From contig CM022679.1 of the NCBI GenBank assembly GCA_012295275.1, positions 28,582,001 to 28,646,000 of the forward strand: DNA of 64,000 nt. The letters are read 5' to 3'. Shown here in pieces: positions 12,617-24,600 of this stretch. The notes beneath the pieces were generated by a model, which made no database searches, was not told the origin of the DNA, and was given only the letters and a program-made list of their open reading frames with translations. The number at the start of each line of letters is the position of its first letter. The first letter of the stretch is position 1. Origin of the DNA: Chrysomallon squamiferum. Lineage: Eukaryota > Animalia > Mollusca. Position numbers and translations under genes: made by a program.

Positions 12617-15600
12617 TTATTTCCCAATGGAAGGAGAGACCTGAAATAATAATAATTATAATAGTTATCATAACAGTAATATTAACAACAACATCAGAAT
12701 AATAACAATAAAAACTTTCATTATTAATTTATTTTATTTTTTTAAATTAATATACAAAGTATATATTAAAGAGTACATAATGTTTTTTAAAAAAACCTCT
12801 AAAATTAACCAAGTAAAATTTAATGGAAATACATTTGAATTATTCAAGATTAAAAGCCAGTGAGAAATTTTAATGGTAATATTTCAGATTACTTACCAAT
12901 TCCTTTTCCACTATCTTCACGTGGTTGACAATAGCTTTGTGTAGAGTCTGTACATACATCATTCTGTTGAGACACTCTCTGCCATATGTGCGGACGAGGT
13001 AATTCAGACAGGTGTCATAGCGTTTTTTAATCAGGTTCAGTCGCCGAAGTCGTTTCTTGCCCAGTGACCCAGTGAATGTTGTCATCAAAGTCTTCCTCTG
13101 AAGCTGAAGACTCTTAATCTCCTTGTTCAGTGACAACAGACGACCTGTGTTATTCTGGCTAGCACAGAGCAGCTTGTCCCTGTACATTTTCTGCAGACTC
13201 ACTTTCATATCAAAAAGACGTTGGTATGGTTTCTTTGATATGGGCACAAGAAGCAGCAAGAAGCATCCTTCATCTGTATAAATCTTGGACATTTCACTTG
13301 GAAAGAGGATCTCACGGGGAACCTTCTGGTGTGATCTTCCAATGTAAACCTGAGGACGCAGAGCATCCAGAAGGTCATGTTCAACTTCTGACAGAGCTTC
13401 TCTGATGATAGCCAAATCAGCCAAGCTCTCTGTTCTATTTCCACTGCATTCTTTATTTATGGACTGGGAATCAGAGGACGTGCCGTCTCTCGTGGAATAG
13501 AGACTCTGAGGCTTTTTATCAAATGAAGAATCAGAATTAGACATAGAATTCTGACAATCATCTGTTTTCTCCACTCTTTTTTCTGAACAATTCTTCAAAC
13601 ATTCCTGCACCAGCTGAAGTTCAAGTACAATCTTGTCCTTAGTGAAGTCTTCCAGTTTCACTTCATCCACTGACTTTGCTGAAGTTTTATCTTGAGAAGA
13701 CTCTGCCACAGAGCTCTCATCAATCCTGTTCTTCTTCTTTTCAACACTGCAGAGAGAGGCAACAATTTTTGCTTTGTGGATAATTCTCTTTCTTCTGTTT
13801 CGTGGTTGACTGTTGATGTCCAGCTTCAGAGACCAGGGAAGTCTCTTCTGCAGTTTTGATGGATCAGCTATGTTGAGTTTGTCCTTCATGTACTGTTCCA
13901 GAGTCATCCGTGTTCTATCGCTGGCATATTTCACTGATGGTGATCTCTTTCCATGGGAAATACTCTCTGATGGTGATCTCTTTCCATGGGAAATACTCTC
14001 TGATGAGCGACTTTCTGTCATTCTCGAATCAGACTTCCTTTCTTGTAAACTTGTTGTTTTAAAATCCTCTCTTTGTGTCTCTGTTTTATCAACACCTCCA
14101 CTGCAATTCACAGGCTGCAATTTTGCTTCCTCAATTTGTAAGCAATGTGTTTTCACAATAACTGTCTCCATTCTTGACATCCGCCTGTGTGGTTTCTGAT
14201 TTCGGAAATCTGCTGGTGGTATAGGCCTCCATTTGTTTTCTGGACACCGTTTACAAAAATTAACATTCAGCTGATCATGACAATCAACCATTCTTCTGCT
14301 CGGTTTCAAAATCTGTGTATGACTTTTTCGAGGAGGCAGCACTTTGCACCAATCTTTAGCAATTCTTTTTGTCTGCATCATTTCTGAGTGTCTGGAAATG
14401 GAACCAAAGCTGCCAAATGGTCGTTTTCTTAATGCTTTAAAGTCTTTCTTTTTACTTTCCTCTTTCTGGTTTTCACCATCATGCGAGTCATCACTTTTCA
14501 GTTCACCTTCTTCAGATGAATCTGCTGTGGGGTCAGAGGGGTCATACAGATCTTTGAAAGACAACATACACTTGGCATTAAAAGGCTTTTTTTCTTTCTG
14601 ACTGTCACCAGAAGCACAAGCTGGCAGTTCGTTCAAAGCATTAAGAATAGTCGTCCTCTTAACTGAGAGATCATCTATAGTAACCTGTGACAGAGTGTCC
14701 TGTGATACATGCACTTTACTTTTATTACTTGCTGCTGAACCTCCTGTGTGAAAACCCAAATGTTTAGTGGGGGAAGGATTTTCAACTTTGCAAGCAACTG
14801 CATTTTCCTTCTTTAAAGAATATTTTTCTGGACTATTCAAATCATTGCTAGTGTCCTTGCTACACAGAGAGATATTTCTACTGCTAGGATCTGGAGTACT
14901 TTGTTGATTAGATTTAAGAATGGTTTCTTCTTCCATCCCAAACCTTTCACATTTTTCATTGTTTTTCTGAATTTTAGAAATTTCCTTATCATCAGAGTCT
15001 TCAAGTTTGTGTTTTTTGCAAGATGGTGCAATGCTGGCTCCTCTCTCACCGTCTGGGGAGTCTGAGGTTTTTCTGTCATTGCCAGCACACACCGTATCCC
15101 CAAGAGATGCGTCCCGGCTAGGAAAAACTAAAAAAGGATTGCTATTTTTCTGAGAAGAATCTGCACTTGATGTTCCTCCATCTACTCCTGAACCATCAAG
15201 AGGAATTTGTTTCAGATTTGCCACCACTGGTCTTTTTCTCTTAGGAAGAGGTGAATCAGTCGTGCAGTCAGTGGTTGTGTCTCTCTTTCTGCTGTCAGAA
15301 GGCATAGCACATTCTTCAGACTCACTCACCACTGGTGATTTTGAGTGCTCCCTTTTTGGAGCAACTATGTCTGCAAACCACTCAGTCAAATCTGAAGATT
15401 TGCTTGAAGTCATCAGAGGCTGATTGGCATGTGGTATGCTGCCGTAGTAATGTGATGGCTGAATGGGTCTGTTTACTTGTGGATGTACACCAACACCTGG
15501 AGGCCTGTAGTAGACTGGTGGCATGGTGGACTGGAATAATCTTGAATGCCCAGAATACGCTGGCGGAGGTGACTGTTGAGACAAATTAACTGATGAAGGA

Positions 15601-18600
15601 ATATGAGGATAAGGAAGAAAATTCCTAACTGGAGAGTAACTAACACCAGGGTTCCTTGGCATCATCTGAGGAATAACTAAATGCAGCTGACTTCTGTGTG
15701 GCATGATGTTGGGAAATTGTCCTGGAATACGTGGACCACACAATGGTCGAAAACCACCTACTGAAGCAGAAGATCCTGGAATCTTAACAGATGAAGTCAT
15801 CCTTGATGAGACATGTCGTGTAAGAAAACTGTTGGACTGTAAATGACATGGTTGGACAGGAGGAAAATGCTGAGTGGGTAAATAGCTGGGTGTCTGTAGC
15901 AAACCTGTGCCTCCAGAGCTCGGAGCTCTAGGCAACCCCATGAAATGTAACCCTGATGAATGAGAATATGCTGACTGTTGTTGATAGACTGGAGTGTTCC
16001 ACGTACTTGCATTAGTTGTAGCTGCAGCTTTGTCACTCTTCTGGTAAGGTGTTGTAGTTGCTCCTAACACTGGAATTGAATGACCACTTGTTTGATCACT
16101 TTCTGTAGAGACACTTGTCTTTTGATGACTTTCTGTACAGACACTTGTCTTTTGATGACTTTCTGAAGAGACACTTGTCTTTTGATGACTTTCTGTAGAG
16201 ACACTTGTCTTCTGATGACTTTCTGTACAGACACTTGTCTTTTGATGACTTTCTGTAGAGACATTTGTCTTTTGATGACTTTCTGTAGAGACACTTGTCT
16301 TTTGATGACTTTCTGTACAGACACTTGTCTTCTGATGACTTTCTGAAGAGACACTTGTCTTTTGATGATTTTCTGAAGAAACACTTGTCTGAAGTGACTC
16401 TTCTGTGCTAAAACTCTGGCTTTCCGATGTTTCTGTCTTATGTTTCTCTTTGATATCTGCAATACAAGAAATGTCTGTCTCCTGTTTAGTGTCTTCATCT
16501 TTTACCATTTCATCATTTGATTTGTTCAGTGAATACTTTTGACCCAGTGTGGAAATGTTCTGAATTTTCTCCACATCTTCCTCACTTTTCTTTGTTTCAG
16601 TCTTCTTAAATTTGATGAGTAATATCTTTTTCTCCACTGTGGTGGGGAACTGAACTTGAGTGTGAGTTCCTATAATATCAATGTCATCAGTGTCTTCTGT
16701 CTTCAAACCAGGAACTTTTTTTTCAGTTTCACTCAATTTTCCTTGTTCTTTCACACTAACATCGCTCAGAGACTTACTTTTCACACAAGAACAAACTGAC
16801 ACTTCAGGTGATTTACAACTTATGTCATCCGTTTTTACTGAATAAATTACATTTCCTGCAATTTCTTTTTCAATTGGCTCTTTTTCTTTCTTTACTAAAC
16901 AAATATCCTTGATATCATTTGTTACTTCTTTTTTGACAACATTCTCCTTGCTATGCTCCTCACTTTCATTTTTCATAACATTATTTTCCACTGCTACTTC
17001 TTTCCTGTAACATTTATTTTCCTGTTCTAGTGAATGAACATCACCAAGTTGCACTGCCAATTCTTTCTTGACAATAACTTTTTCTTTCTGTGGTGGATAA
17101 ACAATCTCAACTTGACTGTTTTCTTTACCCAAGGCGTTCTTAATTTCATCATTTACCTTTTTCTTTTCTTTTTCCTGTGTCAATGAGAACAAGTATTCAA
17201 TATTCTTACTGTAATGAGTTCTTATATCCAGTGTAGACTGAACATCAACTAAATCTTGTTTAGGTTGAATATCAGCTGAATCAGATTTAGACTGGATTTT
17301 AGCAAGACCAAGTTTAGGCTGCATGTCACTGAGGTACAGATTAGACACACCATCATCAAAATCTTGTTTAGACTGGGTATCACCAAAGCTCTGTTCAGAT
17401 ATATTATCAAACCATGATTTAGACTGGGTATCATTAAAGCTCAACTTAGATATAATGTCATCAACACTTGCTTTAAACTGGGCATCACCAAAGCTCTGTT
17501 TAGATATACTGTCACCTAAACCTGGAATAGTCTGGGTATCACCAAAGCTCTGTTTAGATATGCTCTCATCAAAACTTGACTTAAACTGTGTATCATCAAA
17601 GCTCTGTTTAGATATACTGTCATCTAAACCTGGAATAGACTGGGTAACACAAAAGCTCTGTTTAGATATGCTTTCATCAAAACTTGATTTAGACTGTGTA
17701 TCCCCAAAGCTCTGTTTAGATATACTGTCATCTAAACCTGGAAGAGATCGGTTATCATCAAAGCTCTGTTTATTAAACCATGATTTAGATTGGGTATCAC
17801 CAAAACTCAGTTTAGATATAATGTCATCAAAGCTTGATTTAATCTGGGTATCATCAAAGCTCTGTTTAGATATACTGTCATCTAAACCTGGAATAGACTG
17901 AGTATTACCAAAGTTCTGTTTAAATATACTGTCATCTAAACCTGGAATAGACTGGGTAACATCAAAGCTCTGTTTAGATATACTGTCACCAAAACCTAGT
18001 TTAGACTGGGTATCACCAAAGCTCTGTTTAGATATACTGTCATCTAGACCTTGTTCATACTGGGTATCACCAAAGCTCGGTTTAGATATACTGTCATCTA
18101 AATCTTGTTCAGACTGGATATCACCAAAGCTCTGATTAGATATACTGTCATCTAAACCTGGAATAGACTGGGTATCACCAAAGCTCTGTTTAGATATACT
18201 GTCATCAAACCCTTTTTCAGGCTGGGCATCACCAAAGCTCTGTTCAGACAGCATGTTATTTAAACCTGGAATAGACTGGGTATTACCAAAGCTCTGTTTA
18301 GATATACTCTCATCAAGAGCTTGTTTGGGCTGGGTATCATCAAAGCTCTGTTTAGATAGCATGTTATCTAAACCAGGGATAGACTGGGTATTACCAGAGC
18401 TCTGCTCAGATATACTGTCATCTAAACCTGGAATAGACTGGGTTTCAACAAAGCTCTGTTTAGATATACTGTTATTTGTTATGTGAGATATATTACTATC
18501 AAACCATGATTTAGACTGGGAATCACCAAAGCTCTCTTTAAATATACTACCAACAAAATATGATTTTGACCGAGTATCATCTAAACTCTGTTTAGATATG

Positions 18601-21600
18601 CTGTCGTCTAAACATTGTTTAGACTGGGCATCACCAAAACTCTGTTTAGATATACTGTCATCTAAACCTTTTTTAGACTGGGTATCACCAAAGCTCTGTT
18701 TTGATATATTATCATCAATATCTGATTTTATCTGGTTATCCGAAATGTCCTGTTTAAATATATTATCATCAAAGAATGGTTTAGACTGGGTATCACCAAA
18801 GCCCTGTTTAGATATATTGTGACCTAAATCTTTGTTAGACTGGGTATCACCAAAGCTCTGTTTAGAAATATTGTCATCTGCACCTGGAATAGACTGGGTA
18901 TCACCAAAATTCTGTTTAGATATACTGTCATCAAAACCTTGTTTATACTGGGTTTCACCAGAGCACAACTTAAATGTACTTTCCACTATTTTCTGGCTTA
19001 AATGTGTTCTCTTTTGTTTAGATTTTTTACTACCTTTTCTAGACTGTTCAGTTGCTTTATTCACTTTTCTAGATTTTTTCACAGGTCTGGTGGTCACTCG
19101 TTTGGTCATCTGTGTGCCACTGACCGCAGCGTGACACATCTTACAGTCAGACATCTTGTCAAGTGCCTGAAAAATAGAAACATCAGCAATTAATAAATTA
19201 CAAGTTCTACCTTTTCAACAAAGTTTTTAAGATGCATATCTGATATTTCATTCTCTGCTGTATGGGAGGAAACATATTAAAATGCTTCTTGTTTCAAAGA
19301 GATAATAATATCAATGAAGTGACAACAGTGATTTCTTGTTTTGTAATACAAAAAAGAAATAATTCATCTGACTTCTGTAACTGTTAATACTAAAATGTGC
19401 AATTAAACAAGAACTCATTTCTATGAAGTCACAATTCAGCTTTCTCTTACATATTAACTCACCGTTACAAAATCCACCAGACATACTTTTGGCCAATTTT
19501 TATTCACTTTCTCCAGCCTTTTCAGATTGTGAGAACTTTTCCTGGTCTTGGTAATACCTGTAACAGACTGTAATCTTTGAGCTGAGGATCGTCGCTTGGT
19601 CACTGGTTTAGCTGTTTTGTCTCTCACTTTGACAGCTGCCAGTGAACTGAGACAAGTCTTGTGTAAAACACTCACTGCACCCCTCTCCTCATGTGCAGTG
19701 TAGGTGACTATCTGATCACTGTATCCTGTAAGGTATGGTTCATCCTGAACTGGTGTTCCTTGTCTTGAAGGGTGGTCACTCTCATCTGATTTATCGGCAG
19801 CTTCTGGGATAACAAGTCTACCTGACTGATTATGTTCATTAAATCTACCAGAAGATTCTGCAAGACCAGATACACAGATGGTATCTCCTCTGTCCATCAT
19901 AAATGGTCTCTCAATGGGTGTAAAATGTTTGCTGGATGAAGTTTCTGATTTGTCTTTCAGAAAGAGGTGAGAGGAGAAAGCTAAATTGCTTTGACTGATG
20001 ACATTCAGTGGTGCATGACTAACATCAGCAGGTGATGTTAAATTGCCAATGTCACCAGCAGCAGTGTCATCTAGAGGTTTCTCATCTATGAGAGGAGTCG
20101 AGGATCTCATGCTCTGTGTGTCAGATTCCACAACCTTTTCATCCTGGACTGGAGTGTTCTGTTGAGATCTGATGTCAGGGCTGTCAGTGCCATCAGGTAT
20201 TGTCTCCTGAAACTGGTGAGGCATGTCAAAGCTGAAGTCAGTGTAGTCTATCTCCATCTCAAAGTCATCATTGGCAAAGTGAGACCACTGACTCTGGAAG
20301 TAATCAGACTTCACATGAGATCCAGACAGGTAAGAAGTTCGTCTGTGCTCCTTATTTTCCACGTCAGTAGAACTCACACTCTCACTCTGATTTTCACCTT
20401 TCCTCTTAGAGTCATCATTAACTCCAGATGATTGACTCTCATAATTTATCTTGTACTCCTTATTATTCTCTCCAACTTTATACAGTTTAGTATCATCTTT
20501 TGAATCACTTTCATCAATTACCTTATTCTGTTTAAATTCATGAGATGAATCATTTTCATCAATCACCTTGTTCTGTTTAAAATGATTAGATGAATCATTT
20601 TCATCAATCACCAAAGACTGTTTAAAATCATTAGATGAATCATTTCCATCAATCATCTTGTTCTGATTAAAATGATTAGATGAATCATTTTCATCAATCA
20701 CCAAAGACTGTATAAAATCATTAGATGAATCATTTTCATCAATCATCTTGTTCTGTTTAAAATCATTAGATGAATCGTTTTCTTCAATCACCAAAGACTG
20801 TTTAAAATCATTAGATGAATCATTTTCATCAGTTATTTCACACTCTGTTATGTTATCACAACTCTGGTTTTCATCAAACATTAGGTGCTTAACATCAGCA
20901 TTAAATTCATTTTCTTCAGTTATTATAGATACTTTAATCTCAGTATATGATTGCATTTCATCATTAATCTTAAAATCAGTAGACGATTGGGTTTCTAGAT
21001 TCATCTCATATTGTTTCACATCACTAGATGATCGGGTTTCTGCAGTTATCTTTGCCTCTTCAATAGATGATTGGATTTCTTCAGTTATCTTTGCCTCTTC
21101 AATAGGTGATGGGGTATCTTCAGTTATCTTTGCTTCTTCAATAGATGATTGGATTTCTTCAGTTACCTTTGCTTCTTCAATAGATGATTGGGTTTCTTCA
21201 GTTACCTTTGATTCTTCAATAGATGATTGGGTATCTTCATTTATTTTTGATTCTTCAATAGATGATTGGGTATCTTCAGTTATCTTTGCTTCTTCAATAG
21301 ATGATTGGGTATCTTCAGTTACCTGTGCTTCTTCAATAGATGATTGGGTATCTTCGGTTATTTTTGATTCTTCAATAGATGATTGGGTATCTTCAGTTAT
21401 CTTTTCTTCTTCAATAAATGATTGGGTATCTTCAATTATCTTTGCTTGTTCAACAGATGATTGGGTATCTTGAGTTATCTTTTCTTCTTCAATTGATGAT
21501 TGGGTTTCTTCAGTTATCCTTAAATCCTCAGCAGATGATTTAGTTTCGTCAGTCACACTGGGACTGTTTATGTCACTAGAACACTCAGCTTCGTGAACCA

Positions 21601-24600
21601 CACAGGACTCTTTGGTGTCACCTGACTGTTTCACACCAGCCTCCTCACAGTGGGATATCATGCTAGTTACACTGCAAGACTGGTCTTCATCCATTTTCTT
21701 CTTTTCTTTCACACCATCAGAACTCTGATTTTCAGAAATCATCCTGAATTCTGTAGTATTAGTGAAACACTGACTGTCACCAAACATTGTGGATTCTCTA
21801 ATACTGCTAGACGTCTGGTTGTCATCAACCATCTTCAATTCATGACTAGAATACTCACTGGCAATATCAACATTTTCTTTGATGCTGGTTTCTATGACAA
21901 CAGGGATGCGAGAGAAAGGTTTGCTGTCTGCTGGTGGTTCAGGCATGCTGTTTGTTGCTTCACTTGTTGATTTTTGCTGCTCAGTAATCCACACATCACC
22001 ACCAGCTTCCACTTCCTGTTCTCTGTTAGTTCTAGAATTTTCTCTTTCTGGCACGGTGCTGTCTTCAGCAGACCGTGGCTGGGTTTGTCCAGTCTTAGAA
22101 ACTTCCTGAGACGACCACAGGGCAGCCAGGGCTGCCACAGCTCCAGACACACCCCCTGACTGCTCCTCTTTCTTCTCTAGCAGTGGTAACGACACATTTC
22201 GCAATTCTGCTGAAATACAACTCTTCACATTCTGAAAAGACAAAAAGAAAAGTACAGAAAAAGCAAAAAAATATATTAACTATATTAAGTATTTTATGCC
22301 TATCAATTATTATTATTATTATTATTATTTGCTATAAAACACAACTAACATTTTCCCATGGAAACCTGTGTAACATTATTTATGTCAAATCACTACTCAC
22401 CACTTCTCTGCTGTCTTCAACACAGCCCTCTGACTTTGATTTGTCTGTTTGCAGATCACAGTTTGTGGAAATGTCTTCACTTTGTCTGCCCAGCTCCTCA
22501 AACTCAGCAGTTAGGTTTCTGCCTTTCACATGGGTTGATTCTGCTAGAAGTTTTCTAGGAGTATAGTCTGCCTCCTTACTCAGTTGTCCCCCTTGTACAA
22601 CAGTTTTAGGGCCCAACCACATTCCTAAATCAGGCGACATATCACCCATCTCCAGTTTTCTTTCAGTCGATTCTGCCTTATAGCTGTAATTATAAATAAT
22701 CAAATACATGAAAATTTATTTAGTATCTTCAAAGTGCTGACAATTTTGTTGGGTGTCAAACAAGAAATGAACAGACAGTCAAAATCAATGAAATTAAAAT
22801 GATAATGATGATGATAATAATAAAACAGCATAAAGAGCTTAACACTGCAAAGATTCTGTCTTTGAAAAGAAATATTTCAACTGAGAAAACAGAACATCAA
22901 AACAAAAAAATAATAACAATAAAACATAAATAAATAAATAAATAATATTAATAATAATAAAAGAAAATACAAATAAGAAAGTAAATAAATAAATCATGTT
23001 ATATATTTCAGTTTATTAGTTTTCACACGTTTATCAGTTTTCACAAAATGTCAAATAATGACTAACTCAACAATAAACTCTGCTGTAAATCTGAGATGTA
23101 CTGAGTTAGTTAATATGTGCTACAAACAGATGAATTATGATTCTAGTTATTACAATTTTCACACTGACAGAATCTACTCTATCATGATGACATGACAAGG
23201 AAAAAATTGGAGAAACATAGGTTTCATAATACTGTTCTATCTGAATGGTTTTAACCTTATTTTGTTGATATGTACTTGTGAGAGTACTTGGGAAACATTA
23301 CTGATTAATGTAATATGAAAAGTATGAGACTGGAAATTCCAAACTAAACAGTGATAAAATGTTCACCTCTGATTGTCATCATCATGCTCTGTAACTATTA
23401 GTCTTCCATCACTGAAACTTTTCCTTGGACTGGTTTCAGCTCTGGTATAGCTGTCATGAATACTTGCTTCAGATCTGCTTGATCTGGGACTGAAGCTTCT
23501 TCTGCTTCTGCTGCCTGTGTCATCCACCCTGTGTGTGTTCTGTTTCCACATACATCTCATGTCAACATCCCCATACGCATTAACACTCTGTTCATACTTA
23601 GACCACATGCTGCTGCTGCTGCTGCTGCTTCTTGGACTGGGTGCCTTTTGTGGTCTCCTGGGACTTGTCTGATTTGAGTGTCTCTGCTGTTGATGTTTGT
23701 CATGTCTGACAAGAGCTCGCCAGCCAGTCTGATCATCATCATCCTCATCACCTGCTTCTGGACTGACAGAGTAGGATGCGAGTTCAGCATCACCAGCTGC
23801 TTCCTCATAACCCATGTGATACGTTGTCCATTGTTTTGATCTGTGGTCGATACCCACGTCCATTCTTTGAGTGTCTGAATCACTGTGCTGAAATGCTGCT
23901 TCTCTTTGCATTCTCATGTCAACATCCAAGTCTGACTTTACAGGTGACTTCTGGATGTGTGATGAACTCACTGAACTTGCTATTGGAAATTTGTACTTCT
24001 GAAGAATATCCTGTATGTTGCCCATTGCCTGCAGTTTGGACAATAGATCTTGAACTGAAACTGGAGGAAGCTGCTGTTGTTGCTGCTGTTGCTGTTGTGG
24101 TAGGGGCATAGTTGTATTTTCTGCAAATTCTGTAGTTCTGTAAATATCAGGTGCACCAGACTGAGGTGGATTTATTATATTTTCTTGTCCTGAATCGGAA
24201 ACAATTTTTGTTCCCTGCTGATTCTGTAGATGAGAACTCTGAGAGAGGCCAGTCTGTGTGTGAGGAGAGTAGGTGTATGAACTGACTGGAGAGGAATACA
24301 CAACCTGACTCACAGTCGAGGGAGAGCTGTAGCCTGAGTATCCAGCTTTTCTGACTGACTGATAATCACTTCTCAACAAGCCAATGTTAGACTTCCCACT
24401 GATTATATCACGTACTGCGTCTGGATCTTCCTTCACTGGTGATGTGGTGTAACTGGCAATCCCTTCATTCTTCACCAGAGAACTTGTGGAATAACTGGCT
24501 ATAACATGAGGGATCTCAGCTACATGTGGGGTATACAAGCAACTTTCAAATGTCTTATCAGGACCTGCACATTCAGCATGAACTGTGCTTTCTGTATCAG

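Noticed and set aside
17323-21473. Plus-strand ORFs (192 aa, 241 aa and others) resembling LRR or hydrophobic repeats
   Set aside because: Antisense shadows of the minus-strand coding repeats.
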